A stretch of 61,622 nt of DNA, filler included, from Candidatus Woesearchaeota archaeon (GCA_046538795.1; 4 parts of 4 records of this genome joined end to end with filler, not necessarily neighbours in it), one strand, 5' to 3'; shown: positions 49,888 through 58,757, numbered from the whole stretch's first letter. The notes: generated from the sequence alone by a model not told the origin. Translations and numbers: made by a program.

Positions 49888-50349
49888 ATGTCAAGGAAGT
49901 TTCCTTTATTCAAGAAGAAGATTTCTGATTTTTTAAGTCAGGAAGATGGAAAGATTACAAAACAGAGTGCAGTAGCTTTGGGAGCGTTTATTGTTGGAAG
50001 TGTAGTTTCCTCTATAAAGGATGTATCTGGATATATGATTCATGCTAATAGCTTTGGTGAATATAATTATAATTCTGGTACTGGTGTAGTCTCCTTGAGC
50101 CATAGCCACCACTCAAGTCATAGTACTCACAGTACTCACGGCACTCACAGCACTCATGGTAGCCACAGCAGCCATGGCAGTCATAGCAGCCACGGCAGTC
50201 ATAGCAGCCACGGCAGTCATAGTAGTCATGGCAGTCACGGCACTCACAGCACTCATGGTAGCCACAGCAGCCATGGCAGTCATAGCAGCCACGGCAGTCA
50301 TAGTAGTCACGGCAGTCATAGCAGCCATAGTAGTCACGGCAGTTATTAG
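49888..50349 (+). CDS. His-Xaa-Ser repeat precursor peptide (HxsA-like) with pilin-like leader
   Basis: Leader ..ISDFLSQEDG-KITKQSAVALGAFIVGSVVS; 27 consecutive His-led tripeptides (HSH, then 26 H-[G/S]-[S/T]) before the terminal Tyr. Confidence 0.9.
   Translation: MSRKFPLFKKKISDFLSQEDGKITKQSAVALGAFIVGSVVSSIKDVSGYMIHANSFGEYNYNSGTGVVSLSHSHHSSHSTHSTHGTHSTHGSHSSHGSHSSHGSHSSHGSHSSHGSHGTHSTHGSHSSHGSHSSHGSHSSHGSHSSHSSHGSY
50101..50343 (+). repeat. 9-bp-period coding tandem repeat
   Basis: CAY-(A/G)GY-A(G/C)Y units; a 69-bp exact duplication at 50136-50204 and 50235-50303. Confidence 0.92.
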
Positions 50350-50411
50350 AAAAATTTTATCTTTCGACCGTGAAAGTTCTGTCTTGTTTCATCTCAATCC
50401 AGTAAGCTTTT

Positions 50412-50511
50412 NNNNNNNNNNNNNNNNNNNNNNNNNNNNNNNNNNNNNNNNNNNNTTAATTAATTAANNNNNNNNNNNNNNNNNNNNNNNNNNNNNNNNN
50501 NNNNNNNNNNN
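50412..50511. other. Artificial contig linker
   Basis: N44-TTAATTAATTAA-N44. Confidence 0.98.
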
Positions 50512-50555
50512 TTTTGTAGAAAACTTTTTATATCATATCTTCCAAAAATATAGTT

Positions 50556-51929
50556 ATGGGAAGACCAAACAATCAAAATGATTCTAATTCGGGTAATAAT
50601 CAAAATATAGAGGCACCTCTTCCTCCGGAAGATGTTCCTACCGGTGCTGATTTTGACATTTCTCAAAATAAGGAGATAAAAGACATGCATGATAATATTA
50701 CAGGTGAAAATAATAATTCTTCTCAGAATCAGGATGATGGCAATACTATCGAGAACCTGTTTAACAATGCAGATGAAGAAAATATAGAGCAGCCTCCTGG
50801 AATTATGCCTGAACCTGAAAACAAAGCTCAATTGCAAAATCAACAACAGCCTCAGCAGATGCAGCAACCTGAGCAAGAAAATAGCATATCACAGCTACAA
50901 CAGGCTCCAGAGCCAGAGCAACCTGAGCAAACGAAAGCTAAAGAACCAGAAATGCAAGCTTCAACAGAGCAAGTTCAATCTCAGCCGGTTCAGCCTCAAC
51001 AGATACAACCTCAGCAGACACAAACCCAATATGATACTGTTTTTTATGAATCACAAAACATACAGCAGCCTGTCCAGAAACAAGATAAGGTTCCTTCCAA
51101 AGGTTCTGGATTAGCACAGCAAACATATGGAAATCAGGTAAAACCTATGCCTGCGCCTGTGGTTGATAGTACTTCTTCAAAAGATGATGTGATTCCAGAT
51201 AATAATCAAGTTTCGTCCAGCATGAAACTTCAGGCAAGCGATTATGCAAGTGCAAAGGATGTGGCTGAAGTGAAATCTCTTGTTAAAGAGCTGATAAATA
51301 TTTTCAAGCATGCTTCTGATGAACTCAAAGATGATGAGTTTGATCAGATGAGAAATGCTGTCGCAGGCCTTTACAGAGAGACAAAGGTCATAATAACTGC
51401 GCTTAAAGATGTAAGTGAATCAGTTGAGTATCTTGATGAAAAGATGCAGAAAGGATTTGCTGATCTAACAAGCGTTTCTGCACAGGAAACTTCACCAGCA
51501 CCTGCTGAGTCTCCTGAGCCAGAGCCAATGAATTCAAGTCAGAATATAGAAACTCAACAGTATGCTCAGGCAGATAATTCTCAATCTCCTATGCCTCCTT
51601 TAGATACTCCTGATATACCTCCTGCTCCATCTCTTGCAGGAGCAGATGATCCTGGAAATCCAGATATTCCTATGCCGCCTTCAATGCAGCAGCCTCAGGA
51701 AACGCCTGGGGAAAATCCTAGCGGGATGCAGCAGGAACCAAATATGAACAACATGGCCCAACCGCCTGGCGTTTTTTCTGATAACAATGATAATTCTCCT
51801 GATCTTCCAATACAGATTCCCAACACTTCAGGAGAAGCACCATCTAACTCTCCTATGCCTCCTCCTTCAGCAAAAGTCCCCCCTCCTGAAAAGAAAAAGA
51901 AGGGATTGTTTGGATTGGGCGGAAAGTGA
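50556..51929 (+). CDS. Pro/Gln/Asn-rich, largely disordered protein with a central helical segment
   Basis: Low-complexity N- and C-terminal thirds; helical core EVKSLVKELINIFKHASDEL; C-terminus KKKKGLFGLGGK. Confidence 0.75.
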   Translation: MGRPNNQNDSNSGNNQNIEAPLPPEDVPTGADFDISQNKEIKDMHDNITGENNNSSQNQDDGNTIENLFNNADEENIEQPPGIMPEPENKAQLQNQQQPQQMQQPEQENSISQLQQAPEPEQPEQTKAKEPEMQASTEQVQSQPVQPQQIQPQQTQTQYDTVFYESQNIQQPVQKQDKVPSKGSGLAQQTYGNQVKPMPAPVVDSTSSKDDVIPDNNQVSSSMKLQASDYASAKDVAEVKSLVKELINIFKHASDELKDDEFDQMRNAVAGLYRETKVIITALKDVSESVEYLDEKMQKGFADLTSVSAQETSPAPAESPEPEPMNSSQNIETQQYAQADNSQSPMPPLDTPDIPPAPSLAGADDPGNPDIPMPPSMQQPQETPGENPSGMQQEPNMNNMAQPPGVFSDNNDNSPDLPIQIPNTSGEAPSNSPMPPPSAKVPPPEKKKKGLFGLGGK

Positions 51930-51959
51930 TCTTTTTACTTTTAATGAGACTCTCTAAAA

Positions 51960-52814
51960 ATGTGCGCGCAGATTATACCTGAAAAAAAGGCAAAATTTCT
52001 CTTCTGGAGACTTGTAAGAAGACTCAAGCAGGAAGAATATGAAGAAAAGATGCCAGACTTAGATAAGTCTGTGCATTACAGACAGAGAATCTCTGATGAG
52101 GCTTCAAGAAAGATAAATGATCTCAATTCCCAGATAGTTGATCTTAAGGATCAGGTAAAATCACTTCTAGATCAAAAATCTGAGCGGCAGAAGCATCTTG
52201 AAGATATCGAGAAAAAGATAAAAGAAAGCGTTGAAAAAGAAGTGAAAAAGAAAAGCACAAAATCTGCTTCAAAGAAAAAAACAACCAAAAAGAAGTCTTC
52301 AAAAAAAAGAACCACAACTAAAAAACCAGAAGAAAAGATAGTACGAGTTATACATGAAAGTGCAACTGCCAAAAAGAAAAAAACTGGTTCAGATTCAAAG
52401 AAAAAATCATCTCCTAAAAAGACAACTAAAAAAATAACAAAGACTGTGAAAAAATCATCTCCAAAGACTGCCAAAAAAAACAGTTCAAAGTCAACTTCCA
52501 AATCTTCTGCTAAAAAGAAATCTGCTTCTTCAAAAAAAAGCACTGGCAAAAAAAATTCAAAAACAAGCTCTTCTGCAAAAAAATCATCTTCAAAAACAGC
52601 TTCCAGAAAAGAAAAGCGGCTTGACAAGTCTGTTACAAAAAAGATTGTAAGGATAAATAAGAAAGAAATTGCAGACCTTCAGGATCAGATAATAAAACTT
52701 GAGAAACTTCATAAGCATTATTCTAAGCATGCACCAGAACACAAGGCGCATCTTGACAAGATAAAAAAGAAAATAACTTCCTCAAAAAGGAAGCTGAATA
52801 ATATGATGAAATAA
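51960..52814 (+). CDS. Lys/Ser-rich basic protein with flanking coiled coils
   Basis: Long KKSS/KKTT/SPK-rich centre between helical termini. Confidence 0.75.
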   Translation: MCAQIIPEKKAKFLFWRLVRRLKQEEYEEKMPDLDKSVHYRQRISDEASRKINDLNSQIVDLKDQVKSLLDQKSERQKHLEDIEKKIKESVEKEVKKKSTKSASKKKTTKKKSSKKRTTTKKPEEKIVRVIHESATAKKKKTGSDSKKKSSPKKTTKKITKTVKKSSPKTAKKNSSKSTSKSSAKKKSASSKKSTGKKNSKTSSSAKKSSSKTASRKEKRLDKSVTKKIVRINKKEIADLQDQIIKLEKLHKHYSKHAPEHKAHLDKIKKKITSSKRKLNNMMK

Positions 52815-52982
52815 TCAGAGGTCGCGAGCCATTACTGTTCGTCTTCCATTTGCTTTTGCTCTTTCTTTTGCCTTGTCGATCATGTCTTTAACTATCCTGT
52901 CAAGTTCATCTGCAAAATCATTTGATACAGAAAAACCTGCTGTCAACTCTTTTATCTTTGATTTCACTACAACTTCGCTCAT
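52815..52982 (-). CDS. Small histone-fold protein (DUF1931-like), 55 aa
   Basis: Manual translation MSEVVVKSKIKELTAGFSVSNDFADELDRIVKDMIDKAKERAKANGRRTVMARDL*; GAGGTGA RBS; missed by the ORF track. Confidence 0.85.
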   Translation of the reverse strand: MSEVVVKSKIKELTAGFSVSNDFADELDRIVKDMIDKAKERAKANGRRTVMARDL

Positions 52983-53090
52983 ATATTTCACCTCTATATA
53001 TAATGGATAAAATTATCCCAAAACAACGAAATTTATCCAATTTAATGTATTATTTGTCCTATATATTGATTTCGGTGCTGAAAAATACCT

Positions 53091-54767
53091 TTAATGAGTA
53101 AACCAAAACCTATATCTGCTGTTTTCTATTGAATCAAGCCTTACAAAGCCAAATCTTTCAAATTGCACTATATCATTGACTTTTGTCAGTTTAACACTAT
53201 TTTCAGATATGCCTTTTATGATGGTCTTGTCAGGCATCATGATTTCTGTTTCAAGATTAGTTCCGTTAGCAGGGAGGAAATGTATTATCTTTTTTCCTTT
53301 CTGTTTGTACTTTTCATGATCTGTTGAGTCAAATATGAATTTATCTTTCTCTTTTTTGAAGTTCAGGCAATCCATAAGCCTGTATAAATTTCCTTCCTTA
53401 AGAGATTCATAGTCTTTTTTCTCAATGTAAAATTCTTTTCCTGTATTAAATTTTCTTTCACGTTTTTCTGAATCTGGATGGCGTTTTAGTTTAACAACTT
53501 GTTCAGGAGCGTCTTCTATGGTTATTTTTACCTTGTCATCAGATATGAAAAAATATCTTTTTGCCTCTTTGTCAAGCACGCGCCTGTTGTGTATTATAAG
53601 ATCATCCCATTCAAGAGTTGATTCTGATTTTGTTACCCCTGTGCTTATTACAAATTCGTTTAAGCCTTCAGGGGTAAATCCTCTTCTTTTCAGGGCAACA
53701 ATTGTAGTAAGTTTTGGATCATCCCATCCTATAAGCTCTCCAGACTCTATCTTTTCTCTTATGATCCTTCCTGAACTGGGGACACCTTCGAGATTGAAGC
53801 GGCCCATCTCATAAGTTTGCGTTACAGGAAGTCCAAGAGTATCCTGTATATATCTTTGAAGTTCGGCTCTTAGTTCAAATTCTTTAGTCCTTATCCTGTG
53901 AGTTATGCCTGTAAGCCCGTCCATGACTGAATTCTCAAAATCATATGTTGGCCATAAAACATATTTGTCTTTTGTTCTTGGGTGGGTCTTTTTTATTATG
54001 CGAAAGATTGTGGGATCGCGCATTGTGGTATTCTTGTGTTTCATGTCGATCTTCATGCGAAGAACGCAAGAACCTTCTTGTTGTTTTGACATCTCTTTCC
54101 AGGCTGTCATGTTAACTTCAGGACTTGTTATCCTGAATCTTGAATCAAGACCTTTTCTTCTTTCTTCTTTCATCTCTTCATGAAGCGTGAAATCGACATA
54201 TGCCTTTCCCTGTTTTATCAGATCTTCGGCAAACGAGTAGAATTTTTTCATGTAGTCTGAAGCATACACCAGCTCGTCCCATTTTATTCCAAGCCAACTA
54301 AGGTTATCTTCAATAACTTTATAAAATTCTTCTTTAACTAAATCAGGATTAGTGTCTTCAAACCTTAATGAGAACTTTCCGCCATATTGTTTTGCAAGCA
54401 TGTAATTAAGAAGTGCAGATTTTGCATGTCCTAAATGAGGATATTTTTCAGGACCCGGAGGAAATGCAGTCTTTATTTTTTCTCCTTCCCCTATATTGAA
54501 GAATGAAAAAAGATTTCTTTCTTTTTTTTCTTTCTTTTTTTCAAAAAAATCAGGATTAAGAAGCTTAAGCTCTTCTTTTTGTTTTTCTAAAGAAAGCTTG
54601 TTCACCTCTTTTATAATATGGTTAATATCTTTAGAAAGCTCTTTCATTTGAGACTTTGCATCCGGATCTTCTGCGATGATTTTACCGATTATAGCTCCTG
54701 GATTTGCTTTTCCCTTGTATTTTACTGCATTTTCAAGTGCAAGCTGCCTGATTATTAATTTGTCCAT
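53091..54767 (-). CDS. gltX: Glutamate--tRNA ligase (archaeal type)
   Basis: ALENAVKYKGKA, HLGH, LRFEDTNP, WPTYDF, GITHRIR, GWDDPKL, QFERFGF. Confidence 0.95.
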   Translation of the reverse strand: MDKLIIRQLALENAVKYKGKANPGAIIGKIIAEDPDAKSQMKELSKDINHIIKEVNKLSLEKQKEELKLLNPDFFEKKKEKKERNLFSFFNIGEGEKIKTAFPPGPEKYPHLGHAKSALLNYMLAKQYGGKFSLRFEDTNPDLVKEEFYKVIEDNLSWLGIKWDELVYASDYMKKFYSFAEDLIKQGKAYVDFTLHEEMKEERRKGLDSRFRITSPEVNMTAWKEMSKQQEGSCVLRMKIDMKHKNTTMRDPTIFRIIKKTHPRTKDKYVLWPTYDFENSVMDGLTGITHRIRTKEFELRAELQRYIQDTLGLPVTQTYEMGRFNLEGVPSSGRIIREKIESGELIGWDDPKLTTIVALKRRGFTPEGLNEFVISTGVTKSESTLEWDDLIIHNRRVLDKEAKRYFFISDDKVKITIEDAPEQVVKLKRHPDSEKRERKFNTGKEFYIEKKDYESLKEGNLYRLMDCLNFKKEKDKFIFDSTDHEKYKQKGKKIIHFLPANGTNLETEIMMPDKTIIKGISENSVKLTKVNDIVQFERFGFVRLDSIENSRYRFWFTH

Positions 54768-54805
54768 ATACAAAAAAAATCGTAGAGAATATTTAAATGT
54801 TGCTT

Positions 54806-55228
54806 TCATTTAAGGACAGAATTTATGTCAAAATTAGTCATCATTACAACACCTGTTTCATTAAAACCGAACTTCTTATAGAAATCGATCGTATTTTGTG
54901 TTGATGCGCATGATATTGTCTTTGCACCTCTTTTTTTAAAAGATTGGGTGATCGCCTTTAGAAGATGAGTTCCAACCCCTTTACCTCTTGCATCGCTTCC
55001 TATTATCAGTTGATGGATAAGTGCTCGGGAACCGTCGTAGCACCCTCTGATCATACCGAGAACTTCTTTGTTTTCTTCAGCTACTAGGAAATAGTCTGGC
55101 TGAAGTTTTAGTATCTTAAGCATTGCCTTTTTACCATCCTGTTCAGGAAAGTTGAGCATACATCCAGAAATAAGTATTTTTTGTATCTTATCGATGTCTT
55201 CTTTTTTTGCTTTTCTTATCTTCATCAT
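54806..55228 (-). CDS. GNAT-family N-acetyltransferase
   Basis: IRKAKKED, RGKGVGTHLL, FYKKFGF. Confidence 0.9.
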   Translation of the reverse strand: MMKIRKAKKEDIDKIQKILISGCMLNFPEQDGKKAMLKILKLQPDYFLVAEENKEVLGMIRGCYDGSRALIHQLIIGSDARGKGVGTHLLKAITQSFKKRGAKTISCASTQNTIDFYKKFGFNETGVVMMTNFDINSVLK

Positions 55229-55281
55229 GATTATTTTTGAAATTGCGAACTTTTAAATATTTCTTTTAATAATGGATAATC

Positions 55282-55500
55282 ATGCCAAAACCTGGAAAGA
55301 TCATACCTCTTGTTCCTTTGAAGCGCCTGATACAGGAAGAGCACAACATACGCATATCAAAAGATGCACTGGAAATCCTTTCAGATAATCTTGAAAAATA
55401 TGCTTTGGAAATATCCAAAAAAGCAATCTTTGTTGCAGCAAATTCTGGACGAAAGACAGTTAAAGGAAAAGACATAAAGACTGTAGATAAGATTAATTAA
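55282..55500 (+). CDS. Archaeal histone
   Basis: IPLVPLKRLI, RISKDA, A..SGRKTVKGKDI. Confidence 0.9.
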   Translation: MPKPGKIIPLVPLKRLIQEEHNIRISKDALEILSDNLEKYALEISKKAIFVAANSGRKTVKGKDIKTVDKIN

Positions 55501-55566
55501 ACCGATCAAATGATTTTTTCCAGAACATATAGAAGCGATTGATTCTTGAAAAATAGATATAAAATC

Positions 55567-56016
55567 TTAGTCATCATCAAGTGTTGTAATAAAAGAATTA
55601 TCTTTTCTTTTTACATTAAGCTCTTTTACATCCTTTCTGATCTCTCTTGTCCACATGAGGCCAATCTTTATCAGAGCCTTGTTGAAATTATCAGATATCT
55701 TGTATGTTTTCTTGTAAAGATCATAATCAATAAGACCCATGGATTTCATTGGAGTTAAAATTCGGTCATAGAACTGTCGCTTATTATATGATATTTTGAC
55801 TTTTTTGCCCACATATCCCGGCTCGTCTATTTCTGTTATTAGGTTTCCTTCGTGAAGCTGCGTTGCGAAAAGGCTCATCTGAGTCTTTGTCATCTCTCCG
55901 CCGTTTTCTTTCATATCTCCCATCAGAAGCTTTCCGACAATCTTCTGCTGGTTTGTGGCGAAGATGATCTCGTACACATCTTCCGGAAGGTTAAATCTAT
56001 CAAAAAGTATAACCAC
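55567..56016 (-). CDS. Hypothetical protein, possible winged-helix
   Basis: Clean 149-aa ORF; YNKRQFYDRILTPMKSMGLIDYDLYKKTY resembles a recognition helix plus wing. Confidence 0.65.
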   Translation of the reverse strand: MVILFDRFNLPEDVYEIIFATNQQKIVGKLLMGDMKENGGEMTKTQMSLFATQLHEGNLITEIDEPGYVGKKVKISYNKRQFYDRILTPMKSMGLIDYDLYKKTYKISDNFNKALIKIGLMWTREIRKDVKELNVKRKDNSFITTLDDD

Positions 56017-56235
56017 TGTTTACATCCCCGATATAAGATTTCAATATGCAAACTAATATATAAATGTTACTGAATTGTATATTAATCTATTTTTGTCTGA
56101 ATTATATGTCTTTTCAACATTTTCCAATTGGAAATATTAATTGGTATATCATTAGTATCTTCTTACTTATAATATCAATATTATGGTAAACTTTATATAT
56201 TTCCATAAAGTGTTTGTGAAAATACCGAGCTTGTG

Positions 56236-56335
56236 NNNNNNNNNNNNNNNNNNNNNNNNNNNNNNNNNNNNNNNNNNNNTTAATTAATTAANNNNNNNNN
56301 NNNNNNNNNNNNNNNNNNNNNNNNNNNNNNNNNNN
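56236..56335. other. Artificial contig linker
   Basis: N44-TTAATTAATTAA-N44. Confidence 0.98.
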
Positions 56336-56382
56336 CGAAGGTCAAATCCTTAGATTCCCAAATTAAGAGATGGAAGAAATAA

Positions 56383-56465
56383 TGCGGGGCACAGGATTTG
56401 AACCTGCGTAGACCTGTGTCAACTGGTCCTAAGCCAGTCCCGTTTGACCGCTCCGGCAACCCCGC
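56383..56465 (-). tRNA. tRNA-Leu(UAG), no intron, CCA not encoded
   Basis: GCGGGGT..GCCCCGC-A acceptor stem, CTGG-CTTAGGA-CCAG anticodon arm, long variable arm, GGTTCAAATCC T-arm. Confidence 0.95.
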
Positions 56466-56524
56466 AATGAATGTTAATGAATGAAGGTGTTGACGGTTCC
56501 GCAAGATTTTTGATCTTGAGTTAT

Positions 56525-56539
56525 CGGCAACCCCGCAAT
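56525..56539 (-). repeat. 15-bp duplicate of the tRNA-Leu 5' end
   Basis: CGGCAACCCCGCAAT at both 56454-56468 and 56525-56539. Confidence 0.85.
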
Positions 56540-56590
56540 AATTAATAAAGAATGAGTTTCGAACTTCTTTTTAAATCTAACGGTTATTTA

Positions 56591-57613
56591 TCACCTAAGA
56601 TCTATCATGTTTTCAAGGTCAGGTCCTGTAGATATTAAAGTAATTCCGTTGAAATACCTGCAATTATCTGAAAACAGCTGTGTTTTCTCATCTAGAAATT
56701 TTCTTGCATCATATGTTAATTTTTCAAGTTTTTTTCTGCCTGAGTTGCCTGGAAAAAAGCGATCAATGTTTGTTACTGCAACCTGTGTTCCTGTGCTTTC
56801 GTTCATTGCTCTTATTGCAAGATTGTCATTAAACGGAGCTGCTCTTCTTTGTCTTCCTGAAACAGTTCCATATTCATCAATGCCTCTTGTTTTAATCTCT
56901 TCAGGGGACCATTCATCTGGAAATGGCCTTTCACCTACGCATGACATCCATGGCTTGAATACAACATAGATTTCACCTGAATCTTTTGGTCCTGCGCCTA
57001 TATCTGATAATGCCTGTGAAGCAGTGCATTGCTGTGATGTGACATAAGGATAAAAATCAGGTTCAAACAAGGATAACGCATAGCCATGAGAACCTTCAGC
57101 TAAGATGCTTGCATTTTTGTCAAGTGCCTTTTGCAGGACTCCTGTTACATCTCCAACATATTCTTTTATCTCTTCACAGTCCTTTGCAAGGATTCCTGTA
57201 ATCCTGTCAATCCTTTTTTTCCTTGCAGGTCCGCAGCCTGATCCAACTGAACCAAGCCTTGCTTTATGATCCCCTGTCTCTTCCAGTTTGTTATCAACAG
57301 AAACAATTGTGCATCCTGGATCAATCTGAAGTCTTGGCCTTATGTTGTATGTATAATCATAATCATTTATTTCCTTAAGAACTCTTTCAGGATCAATAAC
57401 AGTTCCTTTACCTATTAAAAGTCTTGAATCAGGATCAAGTATTCCTGCCGGCAATTGCGCAAGCTTGACTCCTGTTATGGGTGTGTGCCCTGCCTGAGGT
57501 CCTCCGCCTGCTCTTATGCTGTAATCATATTTATCGTTGCAGACAAGGTATGCCATTACACAGCCCTTGCCCTCATCGCCATAGAATCCGCCTAAAATCA
57601 TGTCAACTGCCAT
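56591..57613 (-). CDS. purA: Adenylosuccinate synthetase (short archaeal type)
   Basis: GGFYGDEGKG, GPQAGHT, EGSHG, YPYVTS, EYGTVSGRQRR, ISTGP. Confidence 0.93.
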   Translation of the reverse strand: MAVDMILGGFYGDEGKGCVMAYLVCNDKYDYSIRAGGGPQAGHTPITGVKLAQLPAGILDPDSRLLIGKGTVIDPERVLKEINDYDYTYNIRPRLQIDPGCTIVSVDNKLEETGDHKARLGSVGSGCGPARKKRIDRITGILAKDCEEIKEYVGDVTGVLQKALDKNASILAEGSHGYALSLFEPDFYPYVTSQQCTASQALSDIGAGPKDSGEIYVVFKPWMSCVGERPFPDEWSPEEIKTRGIDEYGTVSGRQRRAAPFNDNLAIRAMNESTGTQVAVTNIDRFFPGNSGRKKLEKLTYDARKFLDEKTQLFSDNCRYFNGITLISTGPDLENMIDLR

Positions 57614-57704
57614 AAAAACAGGGGCTTTAAAATCTGTTTATTAATATTATTGTTATCAAAAATAGATTAGAAAAAATAGTATAAATAAAAAAAGTAAATT
57701 TGCT

Positions 57705-57878
57705 TTATCTCTTAGACTCTTTTTGCCATTTATATGATCTCAGCTTTGGGCTTTTCCCATAGCCGCAGCTGGAACATTCTTTTTTAGAAATGTGATAAGT
57801 CTTCTTGCCGCATCTTCTGCAGTTGATGTGGCTTACTTTTCCTGATTTTTTTCCATGCGCAGCGGTTCCTGTTCCCAT
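57705..57878 (-). CDS. rpl37e: 50S ribosomal protein L37e
   Basis: Manual translation [57 protein letters not shown]; follows SmAP as in many archaea. Confidence 0.95.
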   Translation of the reverse strand: MGTGTAAHGKKSGKVSHINCRRCGKKTYHISKKECSSCGYGKSPKLRSYKWQKESKR

Positions 57879-57887
57879 CTTCTACCT

Positions 57888-58112
57888 CTATGCTGGTGAG
57901 ATCATTATGATTGTATCTCCTCTTATGAAGACTGTGCCAATCTTTCTAAGAAGCTCGCCTTCTTTCTGCTCTTCTGCATCATTAAGTACTATGTTTATGT
58001 GGATGTCAAAAGCGTTAAGTGTTCCTACGAACTGCTTTCCGTTCTTGAGTTCAATGATGACTTTCTTATTTCTTGCTTTATTAAGCGCATCTAATGGTCT
58101 TGATTGTTCCAT
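57888..58112 (-). CDS. Sm-like (Lsm/SmAP) RNA-binding protein
   Basis: RPLDAL, GTLNAFDIHINIVL, FIRGDTI..ISP. Confidence 0.95.
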   Translation of the reverse strand: MEQSRPLDALNKARNKKVIIELKNGKQFVGTLNAFDIHINIVLNDAEEQKEGELLRKIGTVFIRGDTIIMISPA

Positions 58113-58379
58113 TTTTCTTACCTCTTCAAAAATCAAATAAATGTATAATGATTGAAGGAATTGTGTTCCATATTTAAATGTTTTGGGTTTAAGCGATTCC
58201 TGAGAATGGCGATTATATAATAGTATTGGGTATATCTGCTGATTTTTCAGGTTTGTATCAAATATTTTTAAAAATTTGTTTGATTTGAAAAGTTTAGATT
58301 ATGGTATTCTGATAAGGGTATTCTGATGATATATAAAATGCAAATCTTTTTAAATATGTTGAGATTCATGCAAGTCAAA

Positions 58380-58757
58380 ATGGGAATTTCACAATTAAGA
58401 TCAAAAAGAACAAAAACAGGATCCAGATACAAGGATTCCAGAAAAAAGAAGCAGAGCGAGATTGGTTCTCTTCCTACTTTGACTAAGATCGGAAAACAAA
58501 AGGTTGCTGAAGAAAGATCTACCGGAGGCAACAAGAGCTATAAGGTCCTTTCAGCAGACATTGCTAATTGTTTTGATCCTAAGACAAAGAAATATTCCAA
58601 AGTCAAGATCGTCGCTGTAAAGGAAAATCCTGCAAACAGGAACTATGCAAGGCGAAACATAATGACAAAAGGAACAATCATAGAAACTGAGAAAGGCGAT
58701 GCAAAAGTTACTAACAGGCCTGGCCAGGATAATGTGGTTAATGCAGTTCTTGTCTGA
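58380..58757 (+). CDS. rps8e: 30S ribosomal protein S8e
   Basis: RSKRTKTG, GGNK, NPANRNYARRNIMTKG, VTNRPGQD. Confidence 0.96.
   Translation: MGISQLRSKRTKTGSRYKDSRKKKQSEIGSLPTLTKIGKQKVAEERSTGGNKSYKVLSADIANCFDPKTKKYSKVKIVAVKENPANRNYARRNIMTKGTIIETEKGDAKVTNRPGQDNVVNAVLV

Noticed and set aside
50101..50343. Possible CRISPR array
   Set aside because: 9-bp coding periodicity with no unique spacers and no cas genes in the window.
50113..50467. Ala/Met/Thr/Val repeat ORFs (50113-50337 minus, 50156-50467 plus)
   Set aside because: Alternative-frame shadows of the His-Xaa-Ser repeat; only the His frame has a leader and third-position variation.
56280..56504. 74-aa ORF across the tRNA
   Set aside because: It overlaps tRNA-Leu and runs into the linker.
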